From the NCBI GenBank assembly GCA_964016885.1, contig OZ024742.1, forward strand, positions 201,624,001 to 201,688,000: DNA of 64,000 nucleotides. The letters are read 5' to 3'. Source of the DNA: Eledone cirrhosa. Taxonomy: Eukaryota. Positions 42,474 through 58,040 of the stretch are shown one piece after another. How positions within the stretch are numbered: the stretch's first letter is position 1; the number at the start of each line of letters is the position of its first letter. A program made the translations under genes and the position numbers. The notes under the pieces are model-generated. The model saw only the letters and a program-made list of their open reading frames with translations, was not told the origin of the DNA and made no database searches.

Positions 42474-44175
42474 TTGTTACATAATAAGGTTATGTTTCCG
42501 AGGCAATCCAAATTGAATCGAAATGGGAACGGACGAAGTGTGCTCTTGGGTTCTTCGTCCGTTCCCTTGTGAGTACCAATTCACCCCCAACGGTCTGCGC
42601 AGGCGCAAGTCCGAAGGAATTTGACAATCAGCTACCGCAGAGTTCAACGAAATTCGCCTAAGCATTTCCCCCTCTCAACCAAACAATGACCTATTCAGGC
42701 CTGTAATATATAGCTTACTGATAGCCACCCGGTCAGTGGCAGTCAGCCGAAAGCTAGTGGGGTTGGGAGAGTATGAGTATCAATAGGTCTCAATACTACC
42801 CTACATTAAGCAAGGACAGTAGAATTGACCATCAACCTCTAAGAGAAAATATACTTAATTCTAGGTATTATGGTTTCACAGTGGAAATTTGGAAATTATG
42901 AATGAGAGTTGGAAATTAAAACTAAAAATTAAATATCGAAAATCAGAAATTAAAAATTAAAAATTTAAAATATGTACAACTGAGAATCTAGATTGAAGTG
43001 AGTAAAAAAATATGTGCAACTATACTAACTAATACGAGATGTTTCAGTAAGAAGTTTTGAAAGGGGCATCCATGTTACAGATATATTATCTACATACTGA
43101 AAGATAGTACCGTACCGTAGAGCGGAAGGTAAATTACAGTATGAAAGGTAGTAGTTAGGCCGATACATAGTTAGTATTTCCGTCACATGGACCCCCCCCC
43201 CCAAAAAAAAAACCACAGATATAAAATATACAAAAAAAACACAAAAATATCCAATAACTACAAAAAATACATACAGTACATATATGCAAAATGAGATAGG
43301 AGATACATGATTAATATGATTGTCAATTTGTCCATATATAGATTGAATTGAGGGGGCTTCTGTTCAAATGCAATTTGCTGCAGGAAAATAGGGGTTTATC
43401 ATTGTTTTTGTTTCCGCGTATTTATCCTGCCGAAAGTTACTTTATAATTTTGTATCCCTCCAGTATCAGGGATTTGCATCCCCATGGTAGAAGGAATTTC
43501 CGGGTGTAGCTCGTGGCTGGTTCCTCTCTTCTCCACTATATCGGTTACATCATAGAGCGCTCAAATAGTTGGAGCTAAATTCTTAAGGTAAACATTGATG
43601 CAATATTCGATATATACTCCGTCACTCCTATGTGGAATAAGTACGTTGAGTGCTTGATTTGAATTGCATCAATATTTACTTTAAGTATATATATACCATT
43701 CTATTTTATATCAATGTGAACTGCTATTTCTAATAGCCATCTTTTCACCCTTTGTGATTCTTTTTAGCTTCCGTCCCCACGTAAAATTTATAAATCAGTG
43801 GCTAGTTGAGAGATCGGTTGCCAGTTGCTAATCGCTTTACCGTGTAGGTTGTCACAAACAGTCATGACCGGTATGGGCCGGTGTTTGGATTCTGTCGATC
43901 GATTGGTTATTGATTAGGCGATACCCGCTGATGAAGCCGCACAAGCAGATTGTGCATTGTTGCGTAATATATGCAGACAGATGGTGCAGTGCACCTCACT
44001 GCTGCATTAGTGCGGCATAAACTCGAGTCCGGGTACCTTATAGGCACCCGTTTTACGTATGTTTTGTTGACGCAAATAACTATGTGTATACTCTGGTAAT
44101 GTATCTTACATTGCCCATTGTGTGCGCTGAGATACAACCGGTACTGGCATTGATAAATATGGTGGGTCCGTCAAC

Positions 44176-44325
<150 letters not shown>

Positions 44326-44743
44326 ATAAACGTGCTGCGTGGTTGCTAATGGGTTACATATGAATAAATTTAGTCCTTCATCAGTGATCTTCCAACCATC
44401 AGTGGTATTTCATCGCTTTAAAGACCATATACCTCCGGTTGGTGCGAGCAACGGCTAAAAAAAGTCGTTGGGACACGTAAATAAAGGGGACACGAGTGTA
44501 AACAAACAAAGATGGTGAAGCAACGAAAAGTGAGGAAGGAGGAGTCAAGTCCCAAATTTCTATGAATTTAAATTCGATGAAATCGTGAACGAGAGAGAAT
44601 AAAGACCATCAAACCTGGTTGGAATGTGAGCAAGGAAGGAATTCCGTACAGGTCTAACGGGAGGAAGAAGGGATCTAGTCTGTGAATTCGGTGAACGTAA
44701 GTTCTGTGAAATCGTAGACGAGAGATAGAAAAAAAGCGACCTG

Positions 44744-45017
44744 CCAGACCAAAGGTGCGAAAGAAAAGAATTATGCACAGGTCAAACGGGAAGAAGGAGG
44801 AGGAGGAGAGGTTGTAACAGAGAATGAGTGAGTGAAGGGTGAGGAAGAGGCTAACAGAGAGAGTCTTTCTCTGTATCTTTACCCTCTCTAGCAGTCACTC
44901 TCTCTGTTAGCCTCTTCCTCACCCTTCACTCACTCATTCTCTGTTATTACCTCTCCTCCTCCTCCTTCTTCCCGTTTGACCTGTGCGTAATTCTTTACTT
45001 TCGCACCCTTGGTCTGG
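44744..45017. repeat. ~120-bp-arm inverted repeat with a ~33-bp spacer
   Basis: ccagaccaaaggtgcgaaag...aacagagagagt / actctctctgtt...ctttcgcacccttggtctgg. Confidence 0.85.
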
Positions 45018-45534
45018 CTGGACTAAAAAGTCACAATTGTTCAGCGCATCGGTAGGGTTCTCCTTCATTGATATAAAGTAGTGGCCGTACTCGAAAACGA
45101 GTTGGCAGCCACCGTGTATATGTATACACCCACACCTTTCATCACCATTGCTTCTTTTTGTTGTCATTTCTGTTGTTGTTCTTGTAACTGTTGTCAAATT
45201 TGACGTTCTTATGTTCATTTTCTTTGATTTCTTTTGTTTTTTTTTTATCTCCATAGGGAATTCGTTGACAATCTTCTTTTATTTATTTTCTTCGTTTTCT
45301 TCATTCAAATGCATTCACACTGGTTGTCTAAGAGACGTATATGAATTATAAAAGTTACCAAACAAGAAAACTAAAGAGGCTTCAAACACCACACTAACGC
45401 CCCATCGCTCCCAAACGCCCCCCCCCCCCGGAGCACCGAAACGCGCCCGGGAGGGGGGAGGGGGCATATTCCCCCCGTTGAGAATCTTTGATTTAGACAA
45501 TCTCAATTTAAAGTAACTGTCTTTCGTTTATTAC

Positions 45535-45712
45535 TTGGCTTTGCAGTATCGGTTGAGGTTCAGACATATGCTTTGCAGCATACAGTTACGGCCCTTTACG
45601 GTCTGAGTTCAAATCCCGTCGAAGTTCACTTTGCCTTTCATCCTTACGGGGTCGATAAAAGAAAGTACCAGCAATGCACTGGGGTAATAGCTGGCCTTGT
45701 GTCAAAAGAAGA
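45535..45712 (+). mobile_element. tRNA-derived SINE, same family as 38386
   Basis: gagttcaaatcccgtcgaagttcactttgcctttcatccttacggggtcgataaaa. Confidence 0.82.
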
Positions 45713-45783
45713 CACAATTAATACTATAATAAAACTCCGGTTAAACATATATTGTCGAGTTCTTGAAGTCTGATTCTAAATAT

Positions 45784-45811
<28 letters not shown>

Positions 45812-45819
<8 letters not shown>

Positions 45820-46242
45820 TAAACGGAATAGAAAATGCTGACAAATTGTTCACAGTTGAAAAATGGTTTAATTAGGAATAAAAGAGTATTAGTGATTGTA
45901 TGGGTTAGTATTCAGTTGTGGTTTTAAGTTTTTAAGTTTTTACCGGTTGCGCATTTCTAAATGCTTTTCAAAAATAATTTTGAGATAGAGTGTCCGTGCT
46001 GTTTGCTCTGATCTGAGTAAACAGCACGGACACTCTATCTCAAAATTATTTTTGAAAAGCATTTAGAAATGCGCAACCGGTAAAAACTTAAAAACTTAAA
46101 ACCACAACTGAATACTAACCCATACAATCACTAATACTCTTTTATTCCTAATTAAACCATTTTTCAACTGTGAACAATTTGTCAGCATTTTCTATTCAGT
46201 TTACCAATATATAATAACTTGTGTGTTACACCTCTATTCTTT

Positions 46243-46246
<4 letters not shown>
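45812..46246 (+). mobile_element. ~400-bp fold-back palindrome, copy 4 (subfamily B), in (TA)n, tail on the right
   Basis: Reverse-complement arms around gctctgatctgagt, with tail ataacttgtgtgttacacctctattcttttaac. Confidence 0.92.
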
Positions 46247-46296
<50 letters not shown>

Positions 46297-46477
46297 GATA
46301 TATACGAGTCCCGGGTTCAATCGGGGATAACTACAGTAAGTGAAGTACTAGTCCTGAAGAAGCCATTTCTATATTAATTTATATACATATATAGTTATGA
46401 ATAAATAAATAGCTCCGTAGCTTACATGGAGCACTCTCGTTCCCTTTACCCTTCCTACGGAAATAATTCATATATAC

Positions 46478-46575
<98 letters not shown>

Positions 46576-46769
46576 GTGTGTGTGTGTGTGTATTTACGTG
46601 GGCATGTGTGTGTGAGCGCGTATGTTTGTAAGTACGTGCATGTTTGTGTATGTCAGATTGTGATGTAGCCATTTATATTCTTTCATTTCATTGTTGTCCG
46701 GATGAAGGAAACCTATTATCAAATAAGTTTCAGTCATCCCATCCATACTTTCTCTTGGCCTACATTATA

Positions 46770-47265
46770 ACACCCGACCTCTTATGAATATGGTAAGATA
46801 CCATGGCAGGCCCAACCATCCGCATAGAAGGTGTTGGCAACCGATGTACCGCAAGAAGTTGAGGATCAGGCATTCCAATACGGCGAGGCCTGAACGGGTA
46901 AATGTACGACGGTTAGGATGTAAAGGATGACCGACGCAATGTACACGTTCACCCGACATTTTCAAGACAGCTTCTTCTCGGCCTATTTCTGGGTGAGAGT
47001 AATCACCCTGCCCGTTACCTCGTCCCCGTTCTTACCTACCTGGAGGTCTGGTCCAAATCTGCTCCCGAGGAACTTCATCGGTCCGCTAGTTCAATGTCCG
47101 ACGACGCTGTTGAATTGCATGGATTTGCCACTCCATGTGCCGAGCTGCAAACCAACCGTGTTTTACGGGTTGATCCTTGATCTCGTCAGCATTTCATATT
47201 CCTCTAAGAAGTTTCCAAACACCCCGATTTCCGAGGTGGTGGTGGTGTGGCGTTAGATGTGCTTA
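46770..47265 (-). pseudogene. L1/Tx1-clade LINE ORF2 fragment (RT C-terminal part)
   Basis: Manual translation with stops: FLEEYEMLTRSRINP*NTVGLQLGTW...MKFLGSRFGPDLQVGKN.DEVTGRV...KKLS*KCR..YIASVILYILTVV. Confidence 0.65.
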
Positions 47266-47818
47266 CTGTCGTTGCGGTGTGGACGGCGGCGTTCACAGTG
47301 CTATACATTGGCTGACAAATTTATTTCATTTACGGATGATGCACCAGATTTTGTGGTTTCGTTGCTATTGTTGCTGTTTTTACTATTACTGCGCTGTTGG
47401 TGTTGTTGATTTGTTGTTTCTGTTGCGGTCATTGTTTTCTGGATATTTGCTATTCTATATTATGAACAGTCAGCCATTCCGTTTAGCAGATGCAGCATTT
47501 ATATCTTTCGTCATAATATCCACAAAAAATTGAGGAGCATGTTTGATAAAGAAACACATGTTTATAGCTCTAAATTCTACTGGTAGAGCTAAATTAACTA
47601 GCTCACCAATATACTGGTTTGTTTAACTACAAAACACTCACATATATTTAATGCTATGGGTTGAATAACAGTGTGAAAATAGAACAAACTTACGGTGCGA
47701 TTTATAACGTTTCATCCAGACACAAAGCAAAAATAATAATGGTTTCGTTATTATTTTTTTTATTGAGTATTTATTTATTCATTATTTATTTATTACGTAT
47801 TTATTTATTATAATAATT

Positions 47819-48205
47819 GTTTCTACTTTTGGCACAAGGCCAGCAATTAGCCAGTGTATTACTGGTAATTTATTTTATCGACCCGGTAAGGATGAAAGGC
47901 AAAGTTTACCTCGGCGGGATTTAAACTCAAAATTGAAAGGGCCGTAACTCTTTGCGTGAAAGCATGGCGTCCGTCCCCCTACCGATACTGCCAATCCACC
48001 AATGATTTCTAGTATAGGCACAAGGCCAGTAATTTTGGGGGATGGGAAAATCGATTAAATTGACCCCAGTGCGTGACTGGTACTTTATTTTATCGACCCC
48101 GTAGGAATGAAAGGCAAAGTTAACCTTGGCGGGATTTAAACACAGAAAGTAAAGGGACGTAACTCTATGCCATACAATATGTTGTCCGACGCTCTACCGT
48201 TTCTA
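47819..48205 (-). mobile_element. Two tandem tRNA-derived SINEs
   Basis: Same family as 38386-38745. Confidence 0.82.
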
Positions 48206-48539
48206 AGTCATTATTTATCTATGGAACTAGTGGTGTGGTGATGTAAAAGACAAACTAACAAAAAAGGAAAAATATCTCCTAATCACTACATAGTATGATG
48301 GTTTAAGATTTAGTCACCCTAACAAAACCAAAGATACGTTTTATTACCTCAAACATCTGTTTTTATTTTTATTTTAGTGCTTTATAACAATGTCTTGCTG
48401 AAGTTGATTCAAATGGAACAAAACGTTAAGAGATAAATAACCATCGCAAACAACACAAATATCACAAAAGCATCCAGGTGCAGATATAGTTGTGTGGTAC
48501 ACACACACACACTCGCATAAATCTCTATATATTTGTGTG

Positions 48540-48587
<48 letters not shown>

Positions 48588-49249
48588 CATGTATATGTAT
48601 GTATATATATATATAATATATATGTATGTACATGTATATATATGTGTGAATGTGTTCAGCTATATTCATGTCAGTACTCGGCGATTCTACTCGGCGATTC
48701 TACTAAAATAGAAAGAGATTAATAAAACAGATACCTAACTTGATAAAAATTATATACTGGTAGACGGGGTCAATATTATCGAGTGAATCACCTGATAGCG
48801 GGCGATCGCCAGCATGATGGCTGCAGTCCCGTGACTGAAATCAGTAGAATAAGAAAGAAATAACAAAATGAATACGCCATTTTGTAAGTCCAAGAATATC
48901 TCATTTCGTTCGTTTATACGAACCTTTTCCGGTCTTATTTCAACATTACATTGTCCAGTTGTCCTTCATTGATTCGTATCTTATATAGTTCTTTCAGTCT
49001 CGTCGTATATATTTACGTAAGACTGCACGATTTAATTTCAAAAGGGACCTAGTCACATCAGCAAATTTATATCAGTTTTCGTTTCTGAGTGTCTGTTTGT
49101 GTGTGCGTGTGCGTGCGTGCCTGTGTGTGTATGATGGTTCTTATTTGTGTCTTGCGTTCATCATGTTGGTAGTATGTATGCACACACACACACACACACA
49201 CACACAAGAATATATATATATATACATACACACGCACACACACACTCAC

Positions 49250-49325
<76 letters not shown>

Positions 49326-49996
49326 CATATATACATACACAATTACCTTCATATCTACATACGTACAGAAAGCAAACTGTATTTGTTATCCATATACTCA
49401 TACACGAACACGCATTTCCTAATATCTCTTAACATTCTCTCCAGCCTATCTTCCCCACCTCTTCTATTTATCTCCTCCTACCACCAGATTTCACCCACAA
49501 CCCCACTCCATTTCCTCTCAATTTGTACATGCAGCTTTCTTTGCCGGCCTTTCATTGAATGGAGCGGTTAGTTCAATTTTCAGTGGAGCTTTCTTATGAA
49601 CAAATAGAAAAATAGACTTTTTATTGTATGTCAGTGGCGAAGCAATACTAACGATGTCAATAGAATTGTTTATGGTGACGAACGACAGCCATATTGTATG
49701 TACTATTGAATGATCTAGCAAATGAATCGATATATACATATGTATATGTATGTATACAAGAGTGTATGTACGTGTGTATGTATGTTTGTATCTATATATG
49801 TATATATGCATGTATGCATGCTTCTATGTACGTATGTATGTATTTATATATTAAGTATCTGTGTATGTTCCCATATATGCATGTGCCTATATACGCGGGT
49901 GTATATACAGTACATTGATATACACACACACGCATATACATATGTGTGTCTGTACTTATATATGTATATACATATATATATATACGCACACACACG

Positions 49997-50161
<165 letters not shown>

Positions 50162-51168
50162 GTAGATAAATCTACCAAAAGTTTACGGTAGTGTCCAATC
50201 CGTATGAAGAACTCAATGTAATCCGGATATCATGAAAAGAGAAGATGCATTCAAAAACTACTTTAGATGAAAAATAAACGGAAAACAGAGTGAAGATAAA
50301 TTAATAAAATAATGAATAAACAAAGAAACAGTTCCTTATATTAAAAAAATTCATCATTTTACGATCCTTTCTAGGATATATATGTGTTAGAGTTGGCTTG
50401 CATATTCTATAGATCTATGTACAATATTTATACAAACTATCAGAGGGAATATACATACCTACACATATATATGCTGTCTTCAGAAATAATGATATTTGTT
50501 TATTGAAAAAAACAAAGATTCAATACAATAGGTCTGTTTGGGAACAGGTTTTGAATTGACCAATAGAGAGATAGTGAGGGTAAAGATGGTAATATAGTAG
50601 TAGAAGAACCTTAAATTATGGGTAGAGGAAGGTAGATTTCAGTTTTGGATGGAAAAGAATATTATGAATGAAGGATTATTTTAGGGAAGAAATAGGTCTT
50701 ATGCTGACCTCAGAAATAATTTTATTTGTTCATTGAATAAAACCAACAAAGATCTAATATATTCTGTCTGCTTGGTAAGAGGTTTAGAATTAACCAATAG
50801 AAAGTTAATAATTGGCCAAATGGTAAAATAGTATTAATTGAAGCTTATTTTAGGGTTGAAAATAAGTCAGGTGGTCAGTAAAAGGTATACAAGCAGTTGC
50901 TGTTATAAAATAGTAATGCCAATACAAATATCTAAGGTGACTAAAGTTTTATGATAAGAATGTTAGTGAAAAAAATACATCTATGAAAAGAATATAAATT
51001 AATTGATGGGTATATTTATATTGATAAAATTATACTAATATATATAGATATGATAAATAAGAGTTAGATGCAGTTGAAAAGTGGTGTTAAAGATGAGGGA
51101 AAATTAAAAGAATATAAAAATAATATATATATATACTTATATATATATATATACATATATATACACAT

Positions 51169-51237
<69 letters not shown>

Positions 51238-51658
51238 CATGCACATATACATACAGATATATATACACACACATACACACTTACATATATATATAATTAT
51301 TGGGGGGGGGGGGAATTAAATTTATTAGTGAGAAATAATAAATATATATAGTTTTCAAGGAACATAGAGTCATAACCTGAAGTTAAAGCATCATATATGT
51401 TTACTTAATGGTATCAGTTTTAGGAAATGATAGTTGTAAGAAGGAAAGCAAAATTATGTAGTTCATCAGTAGTAGAATATTAATTATAGGTTAACTAAAT
51501 TAAAAATAGTTTATATATTAATTTCTAAAGTGTATATTAATTAGGTTTATAATATTTAAAGCAGAATTATGTAGTTCATCAGTAGTAGAATATTAATTAT
51601 AGGTTAACTAAATTAAAAATAGTTTATATATTAATTTCTAAAGTGTATATTAATTAGG

Positions 51659-52515
<857 letters not shown>

Positions 52516-53171
52516 GAATATATATGTATATATATATATATTCATTAGTTAAGCAAAACAAGACCACAAATTTCACAAGGAAGATATTATTAAAAGATTG
52601 TCAACATATTTTAGTTTGATATAAGAATATAGAGAATAATAATAATAATATTAATAATAATAATGTCCCTTTACAATTGTTTCGCTACTCCATATAATAT
52701 TTCTGGATCAAATGATTATATATCATTATCATTATTGATCTGGTTCAGTTGAAAATAATTAACAGGTAAAGATAGAGCAGCTCATTGGAACTTCAAAAGG
52801 AATATAAATTAAAATAAGGAAAGAATGTTATATAAATGTAATGTTCCATATATTGGTATTTCACTAGGGTGTCCTGGGTATATCAATTGTCTGCCATAGT
52901 CGAGCAGTATTTTTCTGTCGAGGCTGCATTGTGTGAGTTCTGCCTATGGGTAACAAGATTGCCGCCAATGGACATATTTACCTTACTAATTAGAGGGTGG
53001 TTTCAGGAGAAGTAACTCCTCGAGATATTAGAAATTGTGGGTAGTTTATAGTTAAGTGCTAATTTTTTAATTTTTTAATTGAGAGACAATGTAAGGGAGG
53101 TAACTTATAATGATCTAAGTTAGTTATAGCTTTTTAACTTATTAGCTACAAGTAAAAATGGGGCTAGATGA

Positions 53172-55693
53172 CTATGTTGGATCAAATATTCTGTTGGCGA
53201 ATGAATTATCCATTCGTTGTTGACAGCTAATAGTTACCTCCGTTCTATCGTTAATCGGTAGAGGTCGTGATAGAGTTATGTAATATGCTTCGGTAAGACA
53301 GAGGTCACAAGATTCTCTTCGTACATTGAACGGTTGGGCCCTAGCCAAGATATCCCATGTTAGTGTGTGTTCAATGTTGGTTAATTTAAGGTTTTTAATG
53401 AGCCTAGCTAGAGATGTCGAACATCTGTTTTAGGGTCTCGGAAGGAAAAATAGTGCGCGTTATAGCGTACCTTAAAAGGGTTAGAGGTAGACCCGATATA
53501 GGAGGTGGTATTCGAAGCAGTTTTAACGGTGCACCTATAGACTATATTGGGTGTCAGGCAATGTCCATATAGTGGGCATGCATTAGGGTAACGGCAGTTG
53601 CAGTTACTTCTGCAGTTAGTGAGAGTAGGGTTGTTTAATCTAAGTGGTTGGTCAGTGCTAGAAGGATTAGATGGGGGAGGTGTGCTACTAGAGTAAGTAT
53701 TGGTGTAGTGGCGTGGTGTATTTGATGGGGGTGGGGGTACCGCGGTGTGGGAGTTATACTGTCTTAGTTTATGATGGTTACTGAATACGATGTGGCTAGC
53801 TAGGTTAGGTGTTGTGGAGAATGAGATTTTAATGTTATTTTTATTAAAGAGTTTGTAATATCTATGGTTTGGGGGGGATTGTTTAGATAGGATAGAGAAG
53901 AAGCGTTTAGAGATATTAGTGGGTAGATTAGATGAGAATGGATGTAAAGCCAGGTGATATTTCTAGGCCTATTCTTTCTAGGGGTTCTAGTGGAGTTGGT
54001 AGGGGCCTTCGTAGGGTTATTATTACTTGGGCATTTGTTATTTATCATCCCATTGCTCATTCCTATTCTAGGGTTGATTTTTAGTTTGCTACTTGGAGTG
54101 GGAAGCAGGCCACTGCCACCATTAAGGTTCCCTGTATAAGTGCTGTTACTGCTAAAATTCCGGCAAATCTGACTATATGCTAAGGTATTTCTAGTTCTAG
54201 TGTTAAGTTTATTATGGTTGTGGTGAATTGCTGTGTTATGGCATTTAGGTATGTAGTAAATGGACTGTTCATAACCAGATTCAGAAAGAGCCTTATTATA
54301 ATATGCTGCATGGTTTATAAATATCCTCTCATTTGCTGATAGCATGGAGATCCTATACGAGATAGATTTGATTACTGCTCTGATGACTGCCGGTTGGTGG
54401 TTAGAGTGTGGGATAATATATGTAAGTATTTCACCTGGTTTATGGTAAGGGTAATATAGATTATTGTTAAGATCCAGGGTAGCGTCTAGGAAGTTTACTA
54501 CTTTATGGTTCGGCTCAATGGTGATAGAGAGACCGTTATTTTAAAAAAATCTATGTAATTGTTTTTTGAGCAAGTCAATGCCTCGATTAGTGCAATTGTG
54601 GACTGCAAATAGGGCGTCGTCCCTGTATATTCCGCCTTGCAAGGGTTGGATTTCGGCTCTGATGTCATGTAATAGGTAAATTCCAACTAAATCGGTGATT
54701 TGCGCAGAGTCACTTGAGCCCATCGTGATGTCAAAGTTGTCTGCTCTGTCTTTTCTAGTCCAGATTGCTCCTTTGAATTCAATGATGGTCTGCCTATCCA
54801 TAAGTATGATGTCAATCTCATTATTGGTTATGTCAGAGTTGGTACTGGCTAGGGCTAATGCTTTGTTGAGCAGTTCCGGGGTTATTGAAGCGTAATAGCT
54901 GTCAATGTCAAATTGCATGAACCTCATAGATTCCTTGGACGTTAGATCGGAGAACCATCTAATGACTTGGGCGGTGTTGGACCACAACTTGTAGGTGATA
55001 TCATCTCGTAGCCCAGGGATGATCCTATCAAGGATGTTCTTACTGATACGACCCAAGTCGGATGTGGTTGGGCTTATAAGTCTAATAGATGGGTTCTCTA
55101 TAAAGTTTGGCTTATGATCCTTGAGAGAAAACCTTGGGGTTGTTGGTACATAAGGGTGGGTAAATCTATCCAGATGCAAGTCCTTAACCAAAGCCTGGGC
55201 TTTTCTGTTAAGTAAGTTTACACTGGCGGGTATAGTATTTTTATAGTTTTTATTAAGTTCCTTAAGAAGGAAAGAGTTGTAAGTTTCAGGAGTCATGGTG
55301 TATAGATTTTTAGTTTTGTGAGACATAACATGTAAGAGGTGGCTATCTTTAACTTTTTTTATAGTTATTGCTAATTTTGTGAGGAAATTATTCTTGTGTC
55401 TATAATGCTTTTTGAATTTAATGCTCCTGACGAAATTAAATAGATCTTTCTCAAAAGGGTCCAGCAGGATGTTGTGTGTGTGTGTGTGTGGGGGGGGGGT
55501 TGCATGTGGTAAATCCATATCTGTTTGCTGTCCTTCCGGCGCCAGCAGCACCCGCACGGTCGAAATGGAAGGCTTTCCATTGTATTCTTCAGATGAAAGA
55601 GTTGACACTCTGTATTAGGAGTTTGAGGGGTGTCTTCCTGTCCGGGATAGGTATGGACTTAAGCGACATCCTGAGTTCCTGCTTGCTCAACAT
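53172..55693 (-). pseudogene. PLE polyprotein (N-terminal domain, RT, GIY-YIG), full span with stops and frameshifts
   Basis: cacc-ATG MLSKQELRMSLKSIPIP...SFI*RIQWKAF, then LKDHKPNFIENPSIRLISP, QFDIDSYYASI, GIYRDDAL, and CNCRYPNACPLYGHC..IVY..YIGST. Confidence 0.92.
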
Positions 55694-56028
55694 GGTGACC
55701 TCTAACAGTAAATAGCTCAACTACGGGAGCTCAAGTATACACAGTTCAAGAGTAACCAATCTTAAGGAGAGAGATGGAGATAGGAGAGATTGGTGAATTA
55801 GTTAGAAGCCAAAGGGTAAAGGCATGTGCTCAATGTGCAATATGCAGTGGAAAGCAGTTAGGTGGCTGGGTTCATGCAGAGGTTAGGTGCACAGAGCTGG
55901 AAATATTCATTAGTTAAGCAAAACAAGACCACAAATTTCACAAGGAAGACATTATTAAAAGATTGTCAACATATTTTAGTTTGATGTAAGGAATGTAGAG
56001 AATAATAATAATAATATTAATAATAATT

Positions 56029-56212
56029 GTTTCTACTTTAGGCACAAGGCCAGCAATTACCCAGTGCATTACTGGTACTTTATTTTATCGACCCCGTAAG
56101 GTGGAAAGGCAAAGTCAACCTCGGCGGGATTTGAACTCAGATCGTAAAGGGACGTAACTATGCTGGAAAGCATGGCGTCCGATCCTCTACCGATACTGCC
56201 AATCCACCGCCC
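56029..56212 (-). mobile_element. tRNA-derived SINE inserted in the (AAT)n of one pLTR copy
   Basis: Absent from the other two pLTR copies and flanked by duplicated taataatattaataataat. Confidence 0.88.
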
Positions 56213-56551
56213 TTTTAATAATATTAATAATAATAATGTCCGTTTACAATTGTTTCGCTACTCCATATAATATTTCTGCATCAAATGATTATATATCATT
56301 ATTGATCTGGTTCAGTTGAAAATAATTAACATAGGTAAAGATAGAGCAGCTCATCGGAACTTCAAACGGAATATAAATTAAAACAAGGAAAGAATGTTAC
56401 ATAAATGTAATGTTCCATATATTGGTATTTCACTATGATGTCCTGGGTATATCAATTGTCTGCCATAGTCGAGCAGTATTCTTCTGTCGAAGCTGCATTG
56501 TGTGAGATCTGCCTATGGGTAACAAGATGGTCGCCAATTTATATTCCTTTT

Positions 56552-56677
56552 GAAGTTCCGATGAGCTGCTCTATCTTTACCTATGTTAATTATTTTCAAC
56601 TGAACCAGATCAATAATGATATATAATCATTTGATCCAGAAATATTATATGGAGTAGCGAAACAATTGTAAAGGGAC
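56552..56677 (+). ncRNA. HHR-like motif with CCGATGA core and a long stem II insertion (minus-strand copies ~52665-52795, ~56238-56363)
   Basis: CCGATGA-gctgctcta...(~75 nt)...tggagtagc-GAAA-caatt-GTA. Stem I is weak. Confidence 0.6.
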
Positions 56678-57790
56678 ATTATTATTATTATTCTCTACAT
56701 TCCTTGCATCAAACTAATATATGTTGACAATCTTTTAATAATGTCTTCCTTGTGAAATTTGTGGTCTTGTTTTGCTTAACTAATGACTATTTCCAGCTCT
56801 GTGCACCTAACTTCTGCATGAACCCAGCCACCTAGCTGCTTTCCACTGCATATTGCACATTGATCACATGCCTTTACGCTTTGGCTTCTAACTAATTCAC
56901 CAATCTCACCTCTCCTATCTCCTCTTGTATCTCCATCTCTCTCTCTAAGATTGGTTACTCTTGAACTGTGTGTGTATATATATATATATATGTTATAAAG
57001 AAAACGAAAAATCAGTGTAGCATCTGGACTTAGTTTATTTCGTGCTACAAATATTTCGCCGGCATGTAGCTCAAGTCATGGTCCTTGTATGGATCTGGCT
57101 GATTCTACTTCTGCGGGTTCTTTCAGACACGGGTGTTATGTCCGGAGCTAATTGTATCACTGAGGTGTTATCATCAAAACAACACCCTCAAAAAAACCTC
57201 TTTCCACTCCTGTCATGACATTGGCTATTTTTACTGTACGTCATTACAAGTTCTGGTCAGTATCTGCTGCCATACGGTTCATCGACCATTCTCCGTCCGA
57301 CACATTTCAATGGAGTCATGCTGGGTTCAGTACTTCACAAGTCTGCTCACACTTCAGAGTAAGCACCCACACATACTAGAATAAACACATAATAACACAC
57401 ACATATTCAGACACATACCTATCTATGCATTCACACTCGTACGTCTACATGCGCAGACACCCACACCGCCACATACATACATCGCTGTATATATACTCAC
57501 ACACCCTCTCTCCCTCACTCCCATTGACCCAGTCACACACATTTGTTGATACATACCGCCACGAGCCTTCTGACTGTATCAATTGGGTAAGCATGTCCTA
57601 TTCAAACATACACATACATACATACATATGCGCGCACACACACATACGGCCAACCGTCTATACATTTAAATATATCTATATATATATACACACGCTCATA
57701 CACACGCATATATACATACACACATACATTCATATACATACATATATACGCACAAGTGCATACACACATATATATACACACCTAGGATGT

Positions 57791-57851
57791 TTTCATTCTG
57801 ATGAATGAAAGTAAATATCGTTTGCTTTCAAGAAACCACTGGTAAATGAAA
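57791..57851 (+). ncRNA. Hammerhead ribozyme
   Basis: tttcatt-CTGATGA-a tgaaagtaaa tatcg tttgctttca a-GAAA-ccactg-GTA-aatgaaa. Confidence 0.85.
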
Positions 57852-58040
57852 TAATTATTTTATGTTGTTCATTACATAACTATATGTATATATATACAGA
57901 TATATATACACACACACATACATACATACACACACATATATACACAAACGTAAACTCACACATGTCCACACACACATACGAACACATAGGTACATAAACA
58001 TTGCCTACACAAGTACATACACACACACACACATATATAT

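Larger units (their letters stand above)
52538..56972 (-). mobile_element. Full-length PLE with direct pseudo-LTRs (52538-52968, 55903-56538) plus an inverted pLTR arm (56539-56972)
   Basis: Three copies of the terminal repeat flank one complete but broken RT-EN ORF. Confidence 0.9.

Noticed and set aside
42470-42700. GC-richer structured stretch suggesting RNase P/MRP or another housekeeping RNA
   Set aside because: The conserved P4 motifs are absent, and the context is a repeat insert.
43925-43985. CTGATGA plus hairpin gcacaa/ttgtgc
   Set aside because: GTAA replaces GAAA, and there is no convincing stem I or III.
57041-57131. Minus-strand HHR-like motif cgtgt-CTGAAAGA...GAAA-tattt-GTA-gcacg then aataaa
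   Set aside because: Core spacing is off by one and stem II is poorly paired. It is probably a decayed HHR but is not supportable as a feature.
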